DNA of 64,000 nucleotides from Octopus sinensis (GCF_006345805.1 NC_043004.1:97464001-97528000); one strand, 5' to 3'. Shown: positions 38,438 to 51,742, counted from the stretch's first letter. A program made the numbers and translations. Notes: generated by a model not told the origin, from the letters alone.

Positions 38438-38667
38438 ATTTCTTTACTGCCCACAAGGGGCTAAACATAGAGGGGACAAACAAGGACAGACAAAGGATTA
38501 AGTCGATTACATCGGCCCCAGTGCGTAACTGGTACTTTATTTATCGACCCCGAAAGGATGGAAGGCAAAGTCGACCTTGGCGGAAGTTGAACTCAGAATG
38601 TAACGGCAGACGAAATACGGCTACGCATTTCGCCCGGCGTGCTAACATTTCTGCCAGCTCATCGCCT
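38438..38667 (-). mobile_element. SINE family B, full length
   Basis: Canonical; 18-bp ttatgtttataatatata at 38419-38436 and 38672-38689 (target-site duplication). Confidence 0.9.
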
Positions 38668-38897
38668 TCAGTTATGTTTATAATATATAATTAGTGATAA
38701 TCTATCACTCCCTCCTCCCTACCCCCTCTCCCTCTTTCTCTTATACATGATTATGTTTAACTTTATTTTGAAATATTACTGGTAATGTCTTTATAGCAAT
38801 GAATCTTAATCTGGGCATACACGGCACAGCTGGCAAGTGTCAGGAATATACTGTAGAAATGGGGTTTGTTTAAAGGGATTGAGACTTTTCTTGCAAA

Positions 38898-39197
38898 TCT
38901 TTATATATAAAAATGAAGTTGTGTGAGTGTCTGTCTCCTACGATTTAGATTCCTAACTACTCCCACATTTTGCAGTGCAGTTTAACCAAAAGCGAGTATC
39001 TTATAGTCATGATTCATATCGAACCCTTCTGGGTATTATCGCGTGTCTACGATGAGTCTACAATTTAAAAAAACATTTACCATCATTTTTTCCCATTTTT
39101 AATGCATTTTTTGCTATTATATAAGGGAAATAACTCTCTAAAAATGCTTATAGTTATTTCCCTTACAAGCCTGAGCAACGCTGAGCGATACTGCTAG
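38898..39197 (+). mobile_element. Non-autonomous Helitron
   Basis: 5' TCtttatatataaaa preceded by A; subterminal imperfect hairpin (cctgagcaacgctgag) then CTAG followed by T; no target-site duplication. Confidence 0.75.
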
Positions 39198-39261
39198 TAA
39201 TATCTAAGCAAGTTACAGTACTTAGATTTCAAATAAATGTTCCATAGTATTTAATGTGATT

Positions 39262-39490
39262 GTGGAGGCACATGGCCTAGTGGTTAGATGTGCGGACTCG
39301 CGGTCGAGGGATCATGGGTTTGAATCTCAGATCAGGCAATGAGTGTGTTTATGAGCAAAACACCTTAGCTCCAAGCAGCTCTGGCAGAAGGTAATGGCAA
39401 ACTTCTGCTGACTCTTTCGCCACAACTTTCTTCCACTCTTTCCTCCTGCATCTTGCAGCTCACCTGCGACGGACCGGCGTCCCATCCAGG
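39262..39490 (+). mobile_element. tRNA-derived SINE (family C variant)
   Basis: gtggaggcacatggcctagtggttag...gggtttgaatctc head; gacggaccggcgtcccatccagg body. Confidence 0.8.
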
Positions 39491-39826
39491 TGGGGAACCT
39501 GGAAAAAAGAGGCAGATGTGGCTCGAGAAGGGACAAAGAAGATTTAATGTGATTAAAATATAAGTAGGATATAACATTATCAATGAGCAGAAACATGACT
39601 GATGATACTCCAATGTGAAATATAATTTTTTATATAGGTTTTTTTACATTCTATAGTAACTTTTATAAAAAAATGCAACATATGTATCACTATTATATAA
39701 TAGTTATTCTATGAAATTAAACAGTGTTGCTGTGTTTCATTCTATTACTGATATGTTCTATAGAACATATCTATAGATTCATGAGCCAACATTGTATGTA
39801 TTTATATACAATATGTCTATGCATAT

Positions 39827-40047
39827 AAAATTAAGAGGAATGACCACTAAAGTGGACACCCTATATGCTAAACATAGACGTCAAATAGCCATTACCACAA
39901 AGAATGTGTTCTAAAAAAAAAAATGTCAGCAAAAACGCCAAAATTGCTGAGATTTTTTTCTTGAATACATTCTTCATCGTAATGGTGATTTGACGTCTTT
40001 GTTTAGCATATAGGGTGTCCACTTTAGTGGTCATTCCTCTTAATTTT
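39827..40047. mobile_element. Palindromic MITE
   Basis: aaaattaagaggaatgaccactaaagtggacaccc... and its reverse complement at 39988-40047; imperfect pairing continues almost to the centre. Confidence 0.88.
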
Positions 40048-40051
40048 GTAT

Positions 40052-40440
40052 CTCTTTTACTCTTTTACTCTTTTACATGTTTCAGTCATTTGACTGCGGC
40101 CATGCTGGAGCACCGCCTTTAGTCGAGCAAATCGACCCCGGGACTTATTCTTTGTAAGCCCAGTACTTATTCTATCGGTCTCTTTTACCGAACCGCTAAG
40201 TGATGGGGACGTAAACACACCAGCATCGGTTGTCAAGCAATGCTAGGGGTACAAACACAGACACATACATACATATACATATATATGACAGGCTTCTTTC
40301 AGTTTCCGTCTACCAAATCCACTCACAAGGCATTGGTCGGCCCAGGGCTATAGCAGAAGACACTTGCCCAAGATGCCACGCAGTGGGACTGAACCCGGAA
40401 CCATGTGGCTGGTTAGCAAGCTACTTGCCACACAGCCCAC
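40052..40440 (-). mobile_element. SINE family A
   Basis: Canonical structure. Confidence 0.9.
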
Positions 40441-40674
40441 ACAATTTTTAATCTTTGGATTTTTAAATATGCTAAGCCACTGGTTTTAATTGATTAACAT
40501 CAATTTCTACCCTTATCATTTAATTACAATATGTCTATGAACAGAAATGGGGGGGAAATGCTGTGCTTACTCCTTTAAATCTTGCTTGAGATTTTGTTCA
40601 GTTACTCTGCACCTTCTCCAAGTATCCGCAGACACACTGCTTATAAATTCTTTAATATTAGTAATTAAAATAAG

Positions 40675-41075
40675 GAGGTGAGCTGGCAGAAACATCAGCA
40701 CACTGTGCGAAATGCATAGCCATGTTTCGTCTGCTGTTACATTCTGAGTTCAAATTCCACCAAGGTCGACTTTGCCTTTCATCCTTTCGGGGTCGATGAA
40801 TTAAGTACCAGTTACGCACTGGGGTCGATGTAATCGACTTAATCCATTTGTCTGTCCTTGTTTGTCCCCTCTGTGTTTAGCCCCTTGTGGGTAGTGAAGA
40901 AATAGGTATTTTGTATGTTTCTACATTCTGAGTTCAAATTCTGCCAAGGTTGACTTTGCCTTTCATTCTTCCGGAGTTGATAAATTAAGTATCAGTTGTG
41001 TATTGGGGTCGATCTAATTGACTGGCCCCGCTCCCCAAAACTTCTGGGCATTGTGCCTAGAGTAGAAAAGATTCT
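40675..41075 (+). mobile_element. Two tandem SINE B copies (about 40675-40905 and 40905-41075)
   Basis: The core ttctgagttcaaattc...gactttgcctttcat occurs twice, followed by different tails. Confidence 0.8.
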
Positions 41076-41529
41076 ATAGTAACATTTATAAAAAATGTAA
41101 TATATATATATGTATATATCATTATTCCATGCAAATAGCTAAAATAAAGTACACAATGAAGGAGATAATGCAAGAAAATACAGAAACTAAAATCCATACT
41201 GATATCTACAAACCATTTTTATCAGTGAGGCCACAGAAAAATGGCAGGAATTGGTGGGCTGTGATGTGAATACTCCTTTCTTGGCATCTTTAGTGTAGCT
41301 GATTTTAAGGGTGTAAAGAAAGGGCTGAAGTACTTGACTAGTACTTTCTTTACTTCGCTAATCAACATCAAAGGAATAACAGATAAAATCAACCACCAAG
41401 TTCTTTATATTTCAATTGCATATTTTGTGGTGGCAGATATCTTATTCATAGAGTCAACTTAGAGTCAGCTTAGAGTCGACATAGAGTCGGCTGGGATCAT
41501 TTGTTATGAGCTAAACACTCGTATTTATC

Positions 41530-41925
41530 ATTTATCTTTTATCTTTTACTCATTTCAGTCATTAGACTGTGACCATGCTGAGGCTCTGTCTCGAAGAATT
41601 TTTAGTTGAATGCATCAACTCCAGTGCTAATTTTTTAAAAGCCTGGTACTTATTCTATTGTTATCTTTTGACAAACTGCTTAGTTATAGGGACGTAAACA
41701 CACCAGTACCAGTTGTCATGTGATAGTGAGGGGACAAAGACAGACACACGCATAGATATATATAAACATATATACAACAGGCTTCTTTCAGTTTCCCCTC
41801 TACCAAATCTTCTCACAAGGCTTTGGCTGGTCCAAGGCTATAGTAGAAGACACTAGTACCATGCAGTGGGACTGAACCCTGGACCATGTGATTGGGAAGC
41901 AAACTTCTTACTACACATCCACACC
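41530..41925 (-). mobile_element. Older, degenerate SINE family A
   Basis: ttcagtcattagactgtgaccatgctg...gtgggactgaaccctggaccatgtg. Confidence 0.75.
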
Positions 41926-42026
41926 TGCAAATATCCTCCAGATTACCTATGTGATAGTTTGGAAATTTCTGATAGCCTTGAGGTGGTGTTTTTTTGTTTT
42001 TTGTGTTTTTGAAATTTTTATTAAAG

Positions 42027-42041
42027 GCTTTGTCTGGAGAG
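42027..42041 (+). CDS. Candidate 15-nt microexon
   Basis: Long T-rich tract ending ttattaaag, then GCTTTGTCTGGAGAG and a gttagt donor; frame-preserving (G-FVWR if phase 1). Confidence 0.22.
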
Positions 42042-42176
42042 GTTAGTACTGGGTGCAAATTGCCGGCAAAGTATTTCTGAGTTCAATGAGATAGATATGG
42101 TTTATTTTGCCTTTTAAACAACTGCAAGTTGACACTTGCTGGGAAGACATCAGGAGGAATTGAATTTCCAGTGTGA

Positions 42177-42333
42177 TTCTATAGAACATATCTATAGATT
42201 CATGAGCCAACATTGTACGTATTTATATACAATATGTCTATGCATATAAAATTAAGAGGAATGACCACTAAAGTGGACACCCTATATGCAAAACATAGAT
42301 GCCAAATAGCCATTACCACAAAGAATGTGTTCT
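42177..42333 (+). repeat. 157-bp direct duplicate of 39756-39912
   Basis: 4 mismatches by eye; contains about 70 bp of flank plus the left arm of the 39827 MITE. Confidence 0.9.
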
Positions 42334-42707
42334 CAAGAAAAAAATCTTGAGGAAAGACTATGTAAAATGGTTGATGCACAGCCCCATGGAGTGAATGATT
42401 GTATTATGAAAAATGCGAAGGAAGATGAGTAAAGGAAGGAGTGCCTAATGGCATGATCTACACCAGTGCCAAAGAGCAAAGGTAATTTTTAATAGTTCTA
42501 GAAAAGGCTACAGAGAGTAGGCAGGAGATCTATGAACCAGAATTTCAAGTAAAATAGTAAGCAAGTCCAGGCTAATGGTTTTTAGTTTAACAAGATCTAG
42601 GGCATCTCTATGTATAGTAGCAACACTTTTACAAATTTGGGAGAATACCACTGGGTATATCTCACTTGAACAAGTAAAAGTTGACCTAATTGGAACTTTT
42701 CTAAAGC

Positions 42708-43133
42708 AGTACTCTTTACTCTTTTTTACTCTTTTTACTTGTTTCAGTCATTTGAATGTGGTCATGCTGGAGCACTGCCTTTAGTCGAGCAAATCAACCC
42801 CAGGACTTATTCTTTGTAAGTCTAGTACTTATTCTATTGGTCTCTTTTGCCGAACCGCTAAGTTATGGGGACGTAAACACACCAGCATCGGCTGTCAAGC
42901 AATGTTGGGGGTACAAACACAGACACACAAACACACACACACACACATGCGCACACATATACACATATATACGACGGGCTTCTTTCAGTTTCCGTCTACC
43001 AAATCCACTCACAAGGCTTTGGTCAAGCTGAGGCAATAATAGAAGACATGTGCCCAGGATGCCATGCAGTGGGACTGAACACAGAACCATATGGTTGGTA
43101 AGCAAGCTACTTACCACGCAGCCACTCCTATGC
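42708..43133 (-). mobile_element. SINE family A, full length
   Basis: Canonical structure. Confidence 0.9.
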
Positions 43134-43539
43134 CTAGATAAGTATTTTAAAAAATTTTAATTGCTTAAAACGGAGTTGAGGAAAGTATGTGACCTTGTGT
43201 TAAGGGCATTGAACACACAACAATTATATCATGTTTGATTCTCAAACATGACACATTGCGTTCTTGAGTAAGTCACTTCATTTCATATTTACTCTAGAAT
43301 ACTCTGCGGAGAATGATTACCAGTGGTACATGAGGGTTAACAATGAAATAAATAGACATTCTGTTCTTTTAAGAGTCTTGAACTCTAAGCCCCTCAAAAT
43401 CAAGATAAGCTGCTCCAGCTTCAGCATTTGTAGGCTAATAAAAAATAAATTAATTAAAAAGGAGAGAGAGAGAGAAGAAAGAGAAAGGGAGAGAAAGAGG
43501 GAGGGAGAGAGAGAGATGGCTAATTTAGTTAGTAGAGCA

Positions 43540-43900
43540 ACAGTATTCATTATTTAAAATTATATGTACTGTAGTTTACCTTCAGATGCTGGCAAATAAA
43601 CTTTCTACATCCAATGAACTTTGAAATTCATTAGGTGAGATGTTAATAAAATTTTCTAAACTTAGTAATTAAATGAAGATCTATGACTTGATTAATCTAC
43701 CTAATTATTCAGCTCTATAATATGTCATTATGTTCATTTGGGTATTGATAAGTCTCGAGGGAGTTCCTAGCTTGTGTATTTTGCTACGGCCTGGTCATAA
43801 ATATAAAATTGGCATAAGTTTGCTGACCGCATTAACAAGTTCATTTAGTGGTATGTAAAAGACAGTATTGTTGGAAGGAATAATTTTACTTAATTAAAAT
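43540..43900 (-). pseudogene. Penelope-like retroelement RT fossil
   Basis: One reverse frame with stops: PGRSKIHKLGTPSRLINTQ...LGRLIKS...SSLDVESLFASI...IILNNEY, matching the Penelope motifs PKIHK.PLRPI and SLDVESLFTNIP. Confidence 0.75.
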
Positions 43901-44744
43901 TACCAGAGATTGTATGGCAGAGGTACCGTGATGAATGCTTTTCAATTTTATAGGATATAGGACATAACATGAATCTGCCATATACGATTTTAAGATGAAA
44001 GATAAATGCATGGTCAAAGCACAGCTAATCTTTTTATCTTCCTACTCCACTTTCTTCTTTGAGACAGACAGAGTGAAGTGTCCAGCTTCACTGACTTGCA
44101 GAAGGATCATATCTTGGCCGATCTCTATCTTATCTAAAAGTCAATTTGTGTAAGGATCTCTACATTTAACTGTGTATTAAATGTATGTATAAATAAGTTA
44201 ATACATAAATAATAATACAGAGGGTGGGTCAATAGTCATGCACAAGATAAGTTCAATATGCTCTGGAATTATCAGACATGATTCAATTTTTCTAAAATTA
44301 AATAAAATAAATAAAATAATGATGAATAGACATATACTTGTATTTGATGAACAAAATGAGTAATAATAACCATAACGTCATCATCATCATCATCATCATC
44401 ATCATCAATATCATCATTATCATCAATATATAAACTGTCAATTGTTTTGATTTTTAGCCCACCCTGTGTGTGTGTGTGTGTATGTGCATGTATGTGTGTA
44501 TGATGGTGTGTGTATGTGTGTGTGTGCATGTGTATGTGCATGTCTGTGAGTGTGTGTGTATGTGTGCGCATACATGTGTACGGCACTTTTTGTGTGGCAA
44601 GATTTTCTACAGCCAGATGCCCTTCCTGTCAGTATTTATATATATTTTTTTATACACACACATACATGCATCATCATTATCCTCAACAGCATTGGTCGTC
44701 TTGTTGTAGTCGAGGGCTCTTGGTTGATGCCCGACATCACTGGG

Positions 44745-45022
44745 ATGATTATTGTCGTTGTTGTTAAGCAACAAGATGGGTAAGGGTGATTTCACTGCGT
44801 CCGTTCTGTGGGTTGGGAGACGTCTGGCGGTCGGAAGCGGAAGTCCAATTTACCCAGATCCGAAGGACAAGGAGAGGGTCACTGGCCAGAGCATCTGGGA
44901 AGTTTGGCATTTGCGGCAGGTGATGGATCCGTGGAAAGTTGTAGATGACATGCTCCGCTGTTTCCTCTCCCACACTGCACTTTCTGCAGGTTCTGTCTAT
45001 GGCTCAGTCGATCTTGTAGAGC

Positions 45023-45024
<2 letters not shown>
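44745..45024 (-). mobile_element. I-group LINE 3' end with a C-terminal CCHC knuckle
   Basis: Reverse strand WLYKID*AIDRTCRKCSVGEETAEHVIYNF (Cx2Cx8Hx4, last C mutated to F), stop 44764-44766, (CAA)n-like tail; 5' end abuts (TA)n. Confidence 0.7.
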
Positions 45025-45240
<216 letters not shown>

Positions 45241-46240
45241 TGTGTGCATGCATGTTACAGGTTACAATATTTTAACTTACAACATGACAATGCAAACCAT
45301 CATCAGAGCCACATGTGAAGTAGATGTCGCTTCTATTGCCACTGAGGTCTACTACCAAAATTTGTTTTTCATCATTTAGCCCCAAGTCCATTCTTAATTA
45401 GTAGACTTATGATCAACAGTATTTCAGTTATGTCCATCTTATTTTTATTTTTTCGAAACATAGTATATCTAGCTTAACATTACCCAAAATGTTCTCATCC
45501 ATTCTTTTTTAAGATGATAGAGTGTGACATAAGGAAGTTACGGTTGCAGTATCTAATGGTTTAGTAACTCTACAGGAGACCTGTAATAAGCTGGGCAATG
45601 AACTGTGCCAAGAGTGCAACACAATAACCATTAACGTTCTGATATAGCCCAGCAGAAGTGTTATTCCAAGTTAGAATACATAACATTTTCCAGACTGAAA
45701 TCAATTTTCTAAGTCTGTTTTTCATTCTTAGATACTGTATATTGGTCCCAAGAGGATGACCATGTAAATTAGTAGGATTTGAACTAGTTAACTGTAAGAC
45801 GCAACATTGCTTATACAGCATGTATTCTCTGCTGTCTTTATAACTGGTCGTAGGAAGAAAGAAATATTTATTTGAATGTTCACATATGTACGCACATACA
45901 CATTCATGAACATTGCCAGATGTGTATATACATGCACAGAAGTGTATATGTTTGTGTCACTATTTTCTTGTGGTAATTTTCTGTCAAACATATAGGTATG
46001 CACGCTATTTTATGAAAATGGTGTGTGTATGTACGTAGAATTATATGTACATGACTATATGTATTGTATACATGTATGCATGTATATATGAATGTACGCA
46101 TGTATATATAGATGTACACATGTATGTTCCCCTCTGTGTCTATCCACACACACAGGCACACATTTATACTTATATATATATATATACATATATATATACA
46201 CATATTTATATACACACATATATATATATACATATATGTA

Positions 46241-46297
<57 letters not shown>

Positions 46298-46590
46298 TTA
46301 TATTTATATGTATATATATATATATATATATAATATATATATATTATTTATTCCATTTTTCTCGAGTGGTTCTTTAATGTAACATTACCTAAGCAATGCA
46401 GTATGATATGGAAATATGTTAAAAACAAGAATGACAACATGGGGGGGTTTTGTCATCTCCGTTAAAACGATTTTTAGCTGGTTCCAAGTAGGTAGAGATA
46501 TGGTCAGCAAAAGTGATGCTCATGATATGACATGTCTGGAAACAGGCCTAAATGGAAACAAATGGGGAACTGTCAAATATACTTTCACAG

Positions 46591-46648
46591 AATATATTCC
46601 TGCATTTTATGGACCTGTTGTTGCTTATGCCAGAGCAAATGCATCCCT
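46591..46648 (+). CDS. Weak candidate exon (58 nt, phase 1 to 2)
   Basis: atactttcacag acceptor, open frame EYIPAFYGPVVAYARANAS, weak donor CT/gtgata; lies in the non-repetitive ORF 46416-46652. Confidence 0.2.
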
Positions 46649-46801
46649 GTGATATATACATATATACAGATGTATACATGTGTGTGTGTATTTGTATGCA
46701 TGCATATGTATGTATATATCTATAGATATAGATAGATGCATGCATACATGTACATCTATCTCTCTCTCTATCTATCTATTTATCTCTCTCTTTCTCTATC
46801 G

Positions 46802-46848
<47 letters not shown>

Positions 46849-48135
46849 CATACAAAGAGAAAGAGAGAGAGGATAGGTAGGTAGGTAGCTAGATAGATAG
46901 ATATATGCACACTTTCATATACAGATGTATGTATATATGTGTGTATCTGTGCATATGTGTGCGTCCGTGCTTATGTGTGTATGTGTGCGTGTGTCCATGC
47001 ATGTGTGAGTGTCCATGCATGTGTGTTTGTGTGTCCATGCATGTGTCTGTGTCTATGCTTGTGTGTGTATGTATGTGTGTGTGTGTGTCCATGCATGTGT
47101 GTGTGTGTGTGTGTGTGTGTACAAATACATATATAGATAGATACATGCACATTTACACACACATATGTGCATTACCAGTGTGCTTTGATGTTCATTCTTT
47201 TTATAGATATGTTATGGATACTCAGACAAATACACACACACACACATATATACTTTGAGCAAATCTCATATGTCAAGTTAACTCTGACCTTGAGGCATAA
47301 ATTACCATATATATTCACTCAGTTATATGCCCATGTTTCCGTTCTATCAAAGGTCAGATGAAACATGTTGGGATAGCTTTTCTTTGCTGCATAATTATTA
47401 TAATAATAATTTTACTGCATTCAAATTTCATGCAGTTTACACAAAACAATGCAATTAGAATAAATTTTTAAAATATTCAAATTACTGAACTAAATTAAAA
47501 TGAAATAATATAAATTCATTTGTATGTTCTTTTGCATGTGGCCTGATGAATACATGTTATCATTAATAATAAAGTTGTTTAGCTAATAATAGTTAATGAG
47601 ATAACTTTACCTGATATTACTGACAGTAGTAAAAGCATATTCCTAATATTATACATCATATGACAGGTAACACCGAAATAGTATATAATAACCATGGGTG
47701 ATAAATCCAATAAGATAAGAGTTATGTCCCTTTGGGAGAGGACAAACAGAGATAGGCGCATAGGAGATAGTGAGAGACTGTCAATTATATTATTAGCTGT
47801 ATGAATTAATGGAAGCTGTCTTTATGAGTTGTACACCATATGGAGATGTAAACACTACATGGCAAGTTAACATGTGGCAGTTGTACTGTGCTCTGTTGCT
47901 TATAGAAATTGACTTCACCATTATGTTGTATCTCTTCACTACTTGGTGTGCTTGAACCATTTTAGAAATCCATGTTTTGACAATGCACACAGTACATGCT
48001 ATTGATTTGATCCACTGCAATTGTTGCAATTTACACAATGCATCAAGTATAGGCACTCATTGGATACAAAAGCTGAATAGTGAATAATGTTAAGTTATAA
48101 TCCATAATCCATAATCCATAATCCTGCAAAGCATC

Positions 48136-48703
48136 CTATACTGAGAAACTGAGATGCATCCTGTTGCTTGTCTGTTTTGGAAGTGTCAGCTCTGACTGGT
48201 TGGTCATGTTGCTCTGTTCTCTGAGTTGGGTTCTGCAATTTGTGTTCTCATCTTTGAGGATCCAACAGGGGTGATGGCTGGTGCTGGTTGATGATATGCC
48301 ATATGGTCATAGTGGATGAAGAAGTATGTTGCAGAAATGGAGACTGACTACAAAGCTGCTCAAAAGCTGCCAGGAATGACCCAAGAAGGCGGCGAGCTGG
48401 CAGAAATGTTAGCACGCCGGGCGAAATGCCCAGCGGTATTTTGTCTGCCGTTACGTTCTGGGTTCAAATTCCGCTGAGGTCGACTTTGCCCTTCATCCTT
48501 TCGTGGTCGATAAATTAAGTACCAGTTACGCACTGGGGTCGCTATAATCGACTTAATCCGTTTGTCTGTCCTTGTTTGTCCTCTCTGTGTTTAGCCCCTT
48601 GTGGGCAGGAAAGAAATAGGAATGACCCAAGTAAATCTCAACGAATGGTTGATGCAGCGATGTGCTGCAATGGTACATGACCCCTTATTTGACCTGACCT
48701 GAC
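48136..48703 (+). pseudogene. Second RTE lineage (Expander/Rex3-like) 3' end, split by SINE B
   Basis: ETEMHPVACLFWKCQL*LVGHVALFSELGSAICVLIFEDPTG...AARNDPSKSQRMVDAAMCC; ends in gacctgacctgac. Confidence 0.65.
48387..48617 (+). mobile_element. SINE family B, full length
   Basis: Canonical; aggaatgacccaag is duplicated on both sides. Confidence 0.92.
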
Positions 48704-49059
48704 AATATATCTACACTACTGCACTATAAAAACCAATAAAAGAGCCTGTATATGCTAGAAATAGCAACAAAATCTCACTAAAAGCATATCTGTTATCTTC
48801 AAAATAAACGTACAGGGATAATGTGACCAGCTTTCGATTATATATAGAGAATACAATGATGGTTATGGCAGGAATATCATTGATGATAGATCTGCTTCAT
48901 GGGAGATGACCTAGGGCTATAAAGCAACAACATTTTTCTACACAAACTGGAAAAGCTGTTGCTATGTGTTTACTAAACTGCTAGAAATAACAGTCATTGC
49001 TTCCTGAAACTGCATCCAGCCACATTAAATGTTCCCTCACTTTATCCTATAGCATTGTT

Positions 49060-49073
49060 TACTACTACAACTA

Positions 49074-49113
<40 letters not shown>

Positions 49114-49166
49114 CGCTGCTGTTGCTCCTGCTGCCGCCACTGTTGCTGTTGCTGCTGCTGCTGCTG

Positions 49167-49229
<63 letters not shown>

Positions 49230-49296
49230 GCTGCTGCCGCTGCTGTTGCTCCTGCTGCCGCCACTGTTGCTGTTGCTGCTGCTGCTGCTGCTGCTG

Positions 49297-49336
<40 letters not shown>

Positions 49337-49367
49337 CAATACTACTACTACTACTACTACTACTAAT

Positions 49368-49399
<32 letters not shown>

Positions 49400-49730
49400 C
49401 AATACTACTACTACTACTACTACTACTAATACCACCACTACTACTACTACCACCACCACCTCCCCAACCACCACCAATACCTCTGCTGCTGCTGCTCTGA
49501 AAATGACAATGACAACAGTGACACTGACCAACATACCGCCACCACCTCCAGCATCGCTGTTATTGCTGCCACAGTTGCTACTGCCATTGCTGCCATCACC
49601 ACCACCACCACCACCACCAACTCCAACACCAACACCAGTACTACTATTACTACTACTACTACTACCGCCGCCACCGCTGCCGCCACCGCCGCCGCCACCA
49701 CCACCACCACCACCACCACCACCACCTTTC
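49060..49730. repeat. Compound (TAC)/(TGC)/(CAC)/(CGC)n array with a higher-order duplication
   Basis: The block tgccgctgctgttgctcctgctgccgccactgttgctgttgct occurs twice (about 49121 and 49235). Confidence 0.9.
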
Positions 49731-49983
49731 AGATAATCTCACTCTCTTCTCATCAATATCTGCCTCTGATTGAACATTTTCCTGCATTGATTTATTAGCG
49801 TTTCCACCATATGTCTTGTTTGTACCCTTATAATTAGGGTTCTTGAATGTCCCTTAATTTATCACTGTCTTTTCTTCCATTATCTTACTCTCTCTTTAAC
49901 TTTTTCACTCTCACCCAACCCATCTTCTTCTTCTATCTCTCTTCCTCCTACTTGCTTCCCTTTCTCAGTAACATTCTCTCTCT

Positions 49984-50023
<40 letters not shown>

Positions 50024-50420
50024 ACTGTTTATCTCTGTTGTACTTACTTTTTCTCAGTCTTTTTCTATTTATTTATCCATCCATCATCTATCTTACTGCC
50101 TGTCTGCCTGCTTGCATCTTTATCCATCCACTGATCCATCCATCTATTTGTCTATGCATCTATCTATCAATTGATCAGAATATCAATTTATCTAAGTATC
50201 TCCCTAGCTATCTATCTAACCTACCATTGATCCATCCATCCATCCATCTATGCCTCCATCCCTCCATCCGTCCATCCATCTATCCATCCATCCATCCATC
50301 CATTCATCCATCCATCCATCCATCCACCCATCCATGTATCTCTCTACCAATCTATTTACCTAACTTATCTGTCAGTCTGTCTGTCTTTCTCTCACTTCCT
50401 ATATATATATATATATATAT

Positions 50421-50732
50421 AAAGAGATAGATAGAAAGATAGAGAGAGAGAAAGAGAGAGAGATAAGTACACACACATATATCTGTCTATCAATTTGTCT
50501 ATTTGTCTACCGATCTACCTATCTTCCATTCTTTCTCTCTATCAATCTCTCTCTCTCTCTATCTAGCTATCAATCTCTCTCTCTCTCTCTCTCTCCCTCT
50601 CTCTCTATCTATCTATCTATCAGTCTCTCTCTCCCTCTCTCTTTATCTATCTATAAATCTATCTATCTATCTATCTATCAATCTCTCTCTCTTTCCTCTC
50701 TCTCTCTATCTATCTATCAATCACTCTCTTTC

Positions 50733-50788
<56 letters not shown>

Positions 50789-51591
50789 GCAATCTCTCTC
50801 TTTCTAAATCTATCTTTCTCCCACACATATACACATTAACACATACATACACAGATACATGATCTTTATATTTCATAACAGACAATTTAACACTGATAAG
50901 TTTGGTGTTTTGTTTTTTTATCAGATGTGATATAATATAAATCTATATTGCAGTATATCACTAGTCAACCTGTAGACTTATCCACAATGAAATATAATGC
51001 GATTAAGATATTATATATAAGTTTGTATATATATTTTCAGTAAACCATAAATCTGAAAGAGAGGCACAGTCTGAGATATAGAGCAGTAGAGTATTTAGAT
51101 GAAGGTAGTTATGGCTGGTCTAAGGGGTTACCCAGGGTTTCACATCCATGAAGCACTTAGCTTTACAGTGTCTTCTCGGAACCTAATGGCCAGTGGCCTA
51201 TAACCACTTCGTGGGTAATCCCATAGGCCTACCATAACTATCTTTATCGACATATATATGTGTGCGTGTGTAGAAGGCAGAATGATCTTGCTGTCGCCTC
51301 AAGTGTGAATGAGAACCAAAGAACCAAATGAATGAATGTATGTTTAATGAATGAATCTATGTTTAACTGGTAGGTTTCATGGAGATATAGACGAGTATAT
51401 ATATATATATATATAATATATAATATATATATATATATAAAGAGATAGATAGAAAGATAGAGAGAGAGAAAGAGAGAGAGATAAGTACACACACATATAT
51501 CTGTCTATCAATTTGTCTATTTGTCTACCGATCTACCTATCTTCCATTCTTTCTCTCTATCAATCTCTCTCTCTCTCTATCTAGCTATCAA

Positions 51592-51631
<40 letters not shown>

Positions 51632-51742
51632 AGTCTCTCTCTCCCTCTCTCTTTATCTATCTATAAATCTATCTATCTATCTATCTATCAATCTCTCTCT
51701 CTTTCCTCTCTCTCTCTATCTATCTATCAATCACTCTCTTTC

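Noticed and set aside
47793-48056. Cys/His-containing minus-strand ORF, with a hint of a Sola-type DNC.GQN motif in another frame
   Set aside because: Motif spacing does not fit and the frames have many stops; not supportable
49122-49736. 204-aa ORF (longest in its region)
   Set aside because: Made entirely of trinucleotide repeats
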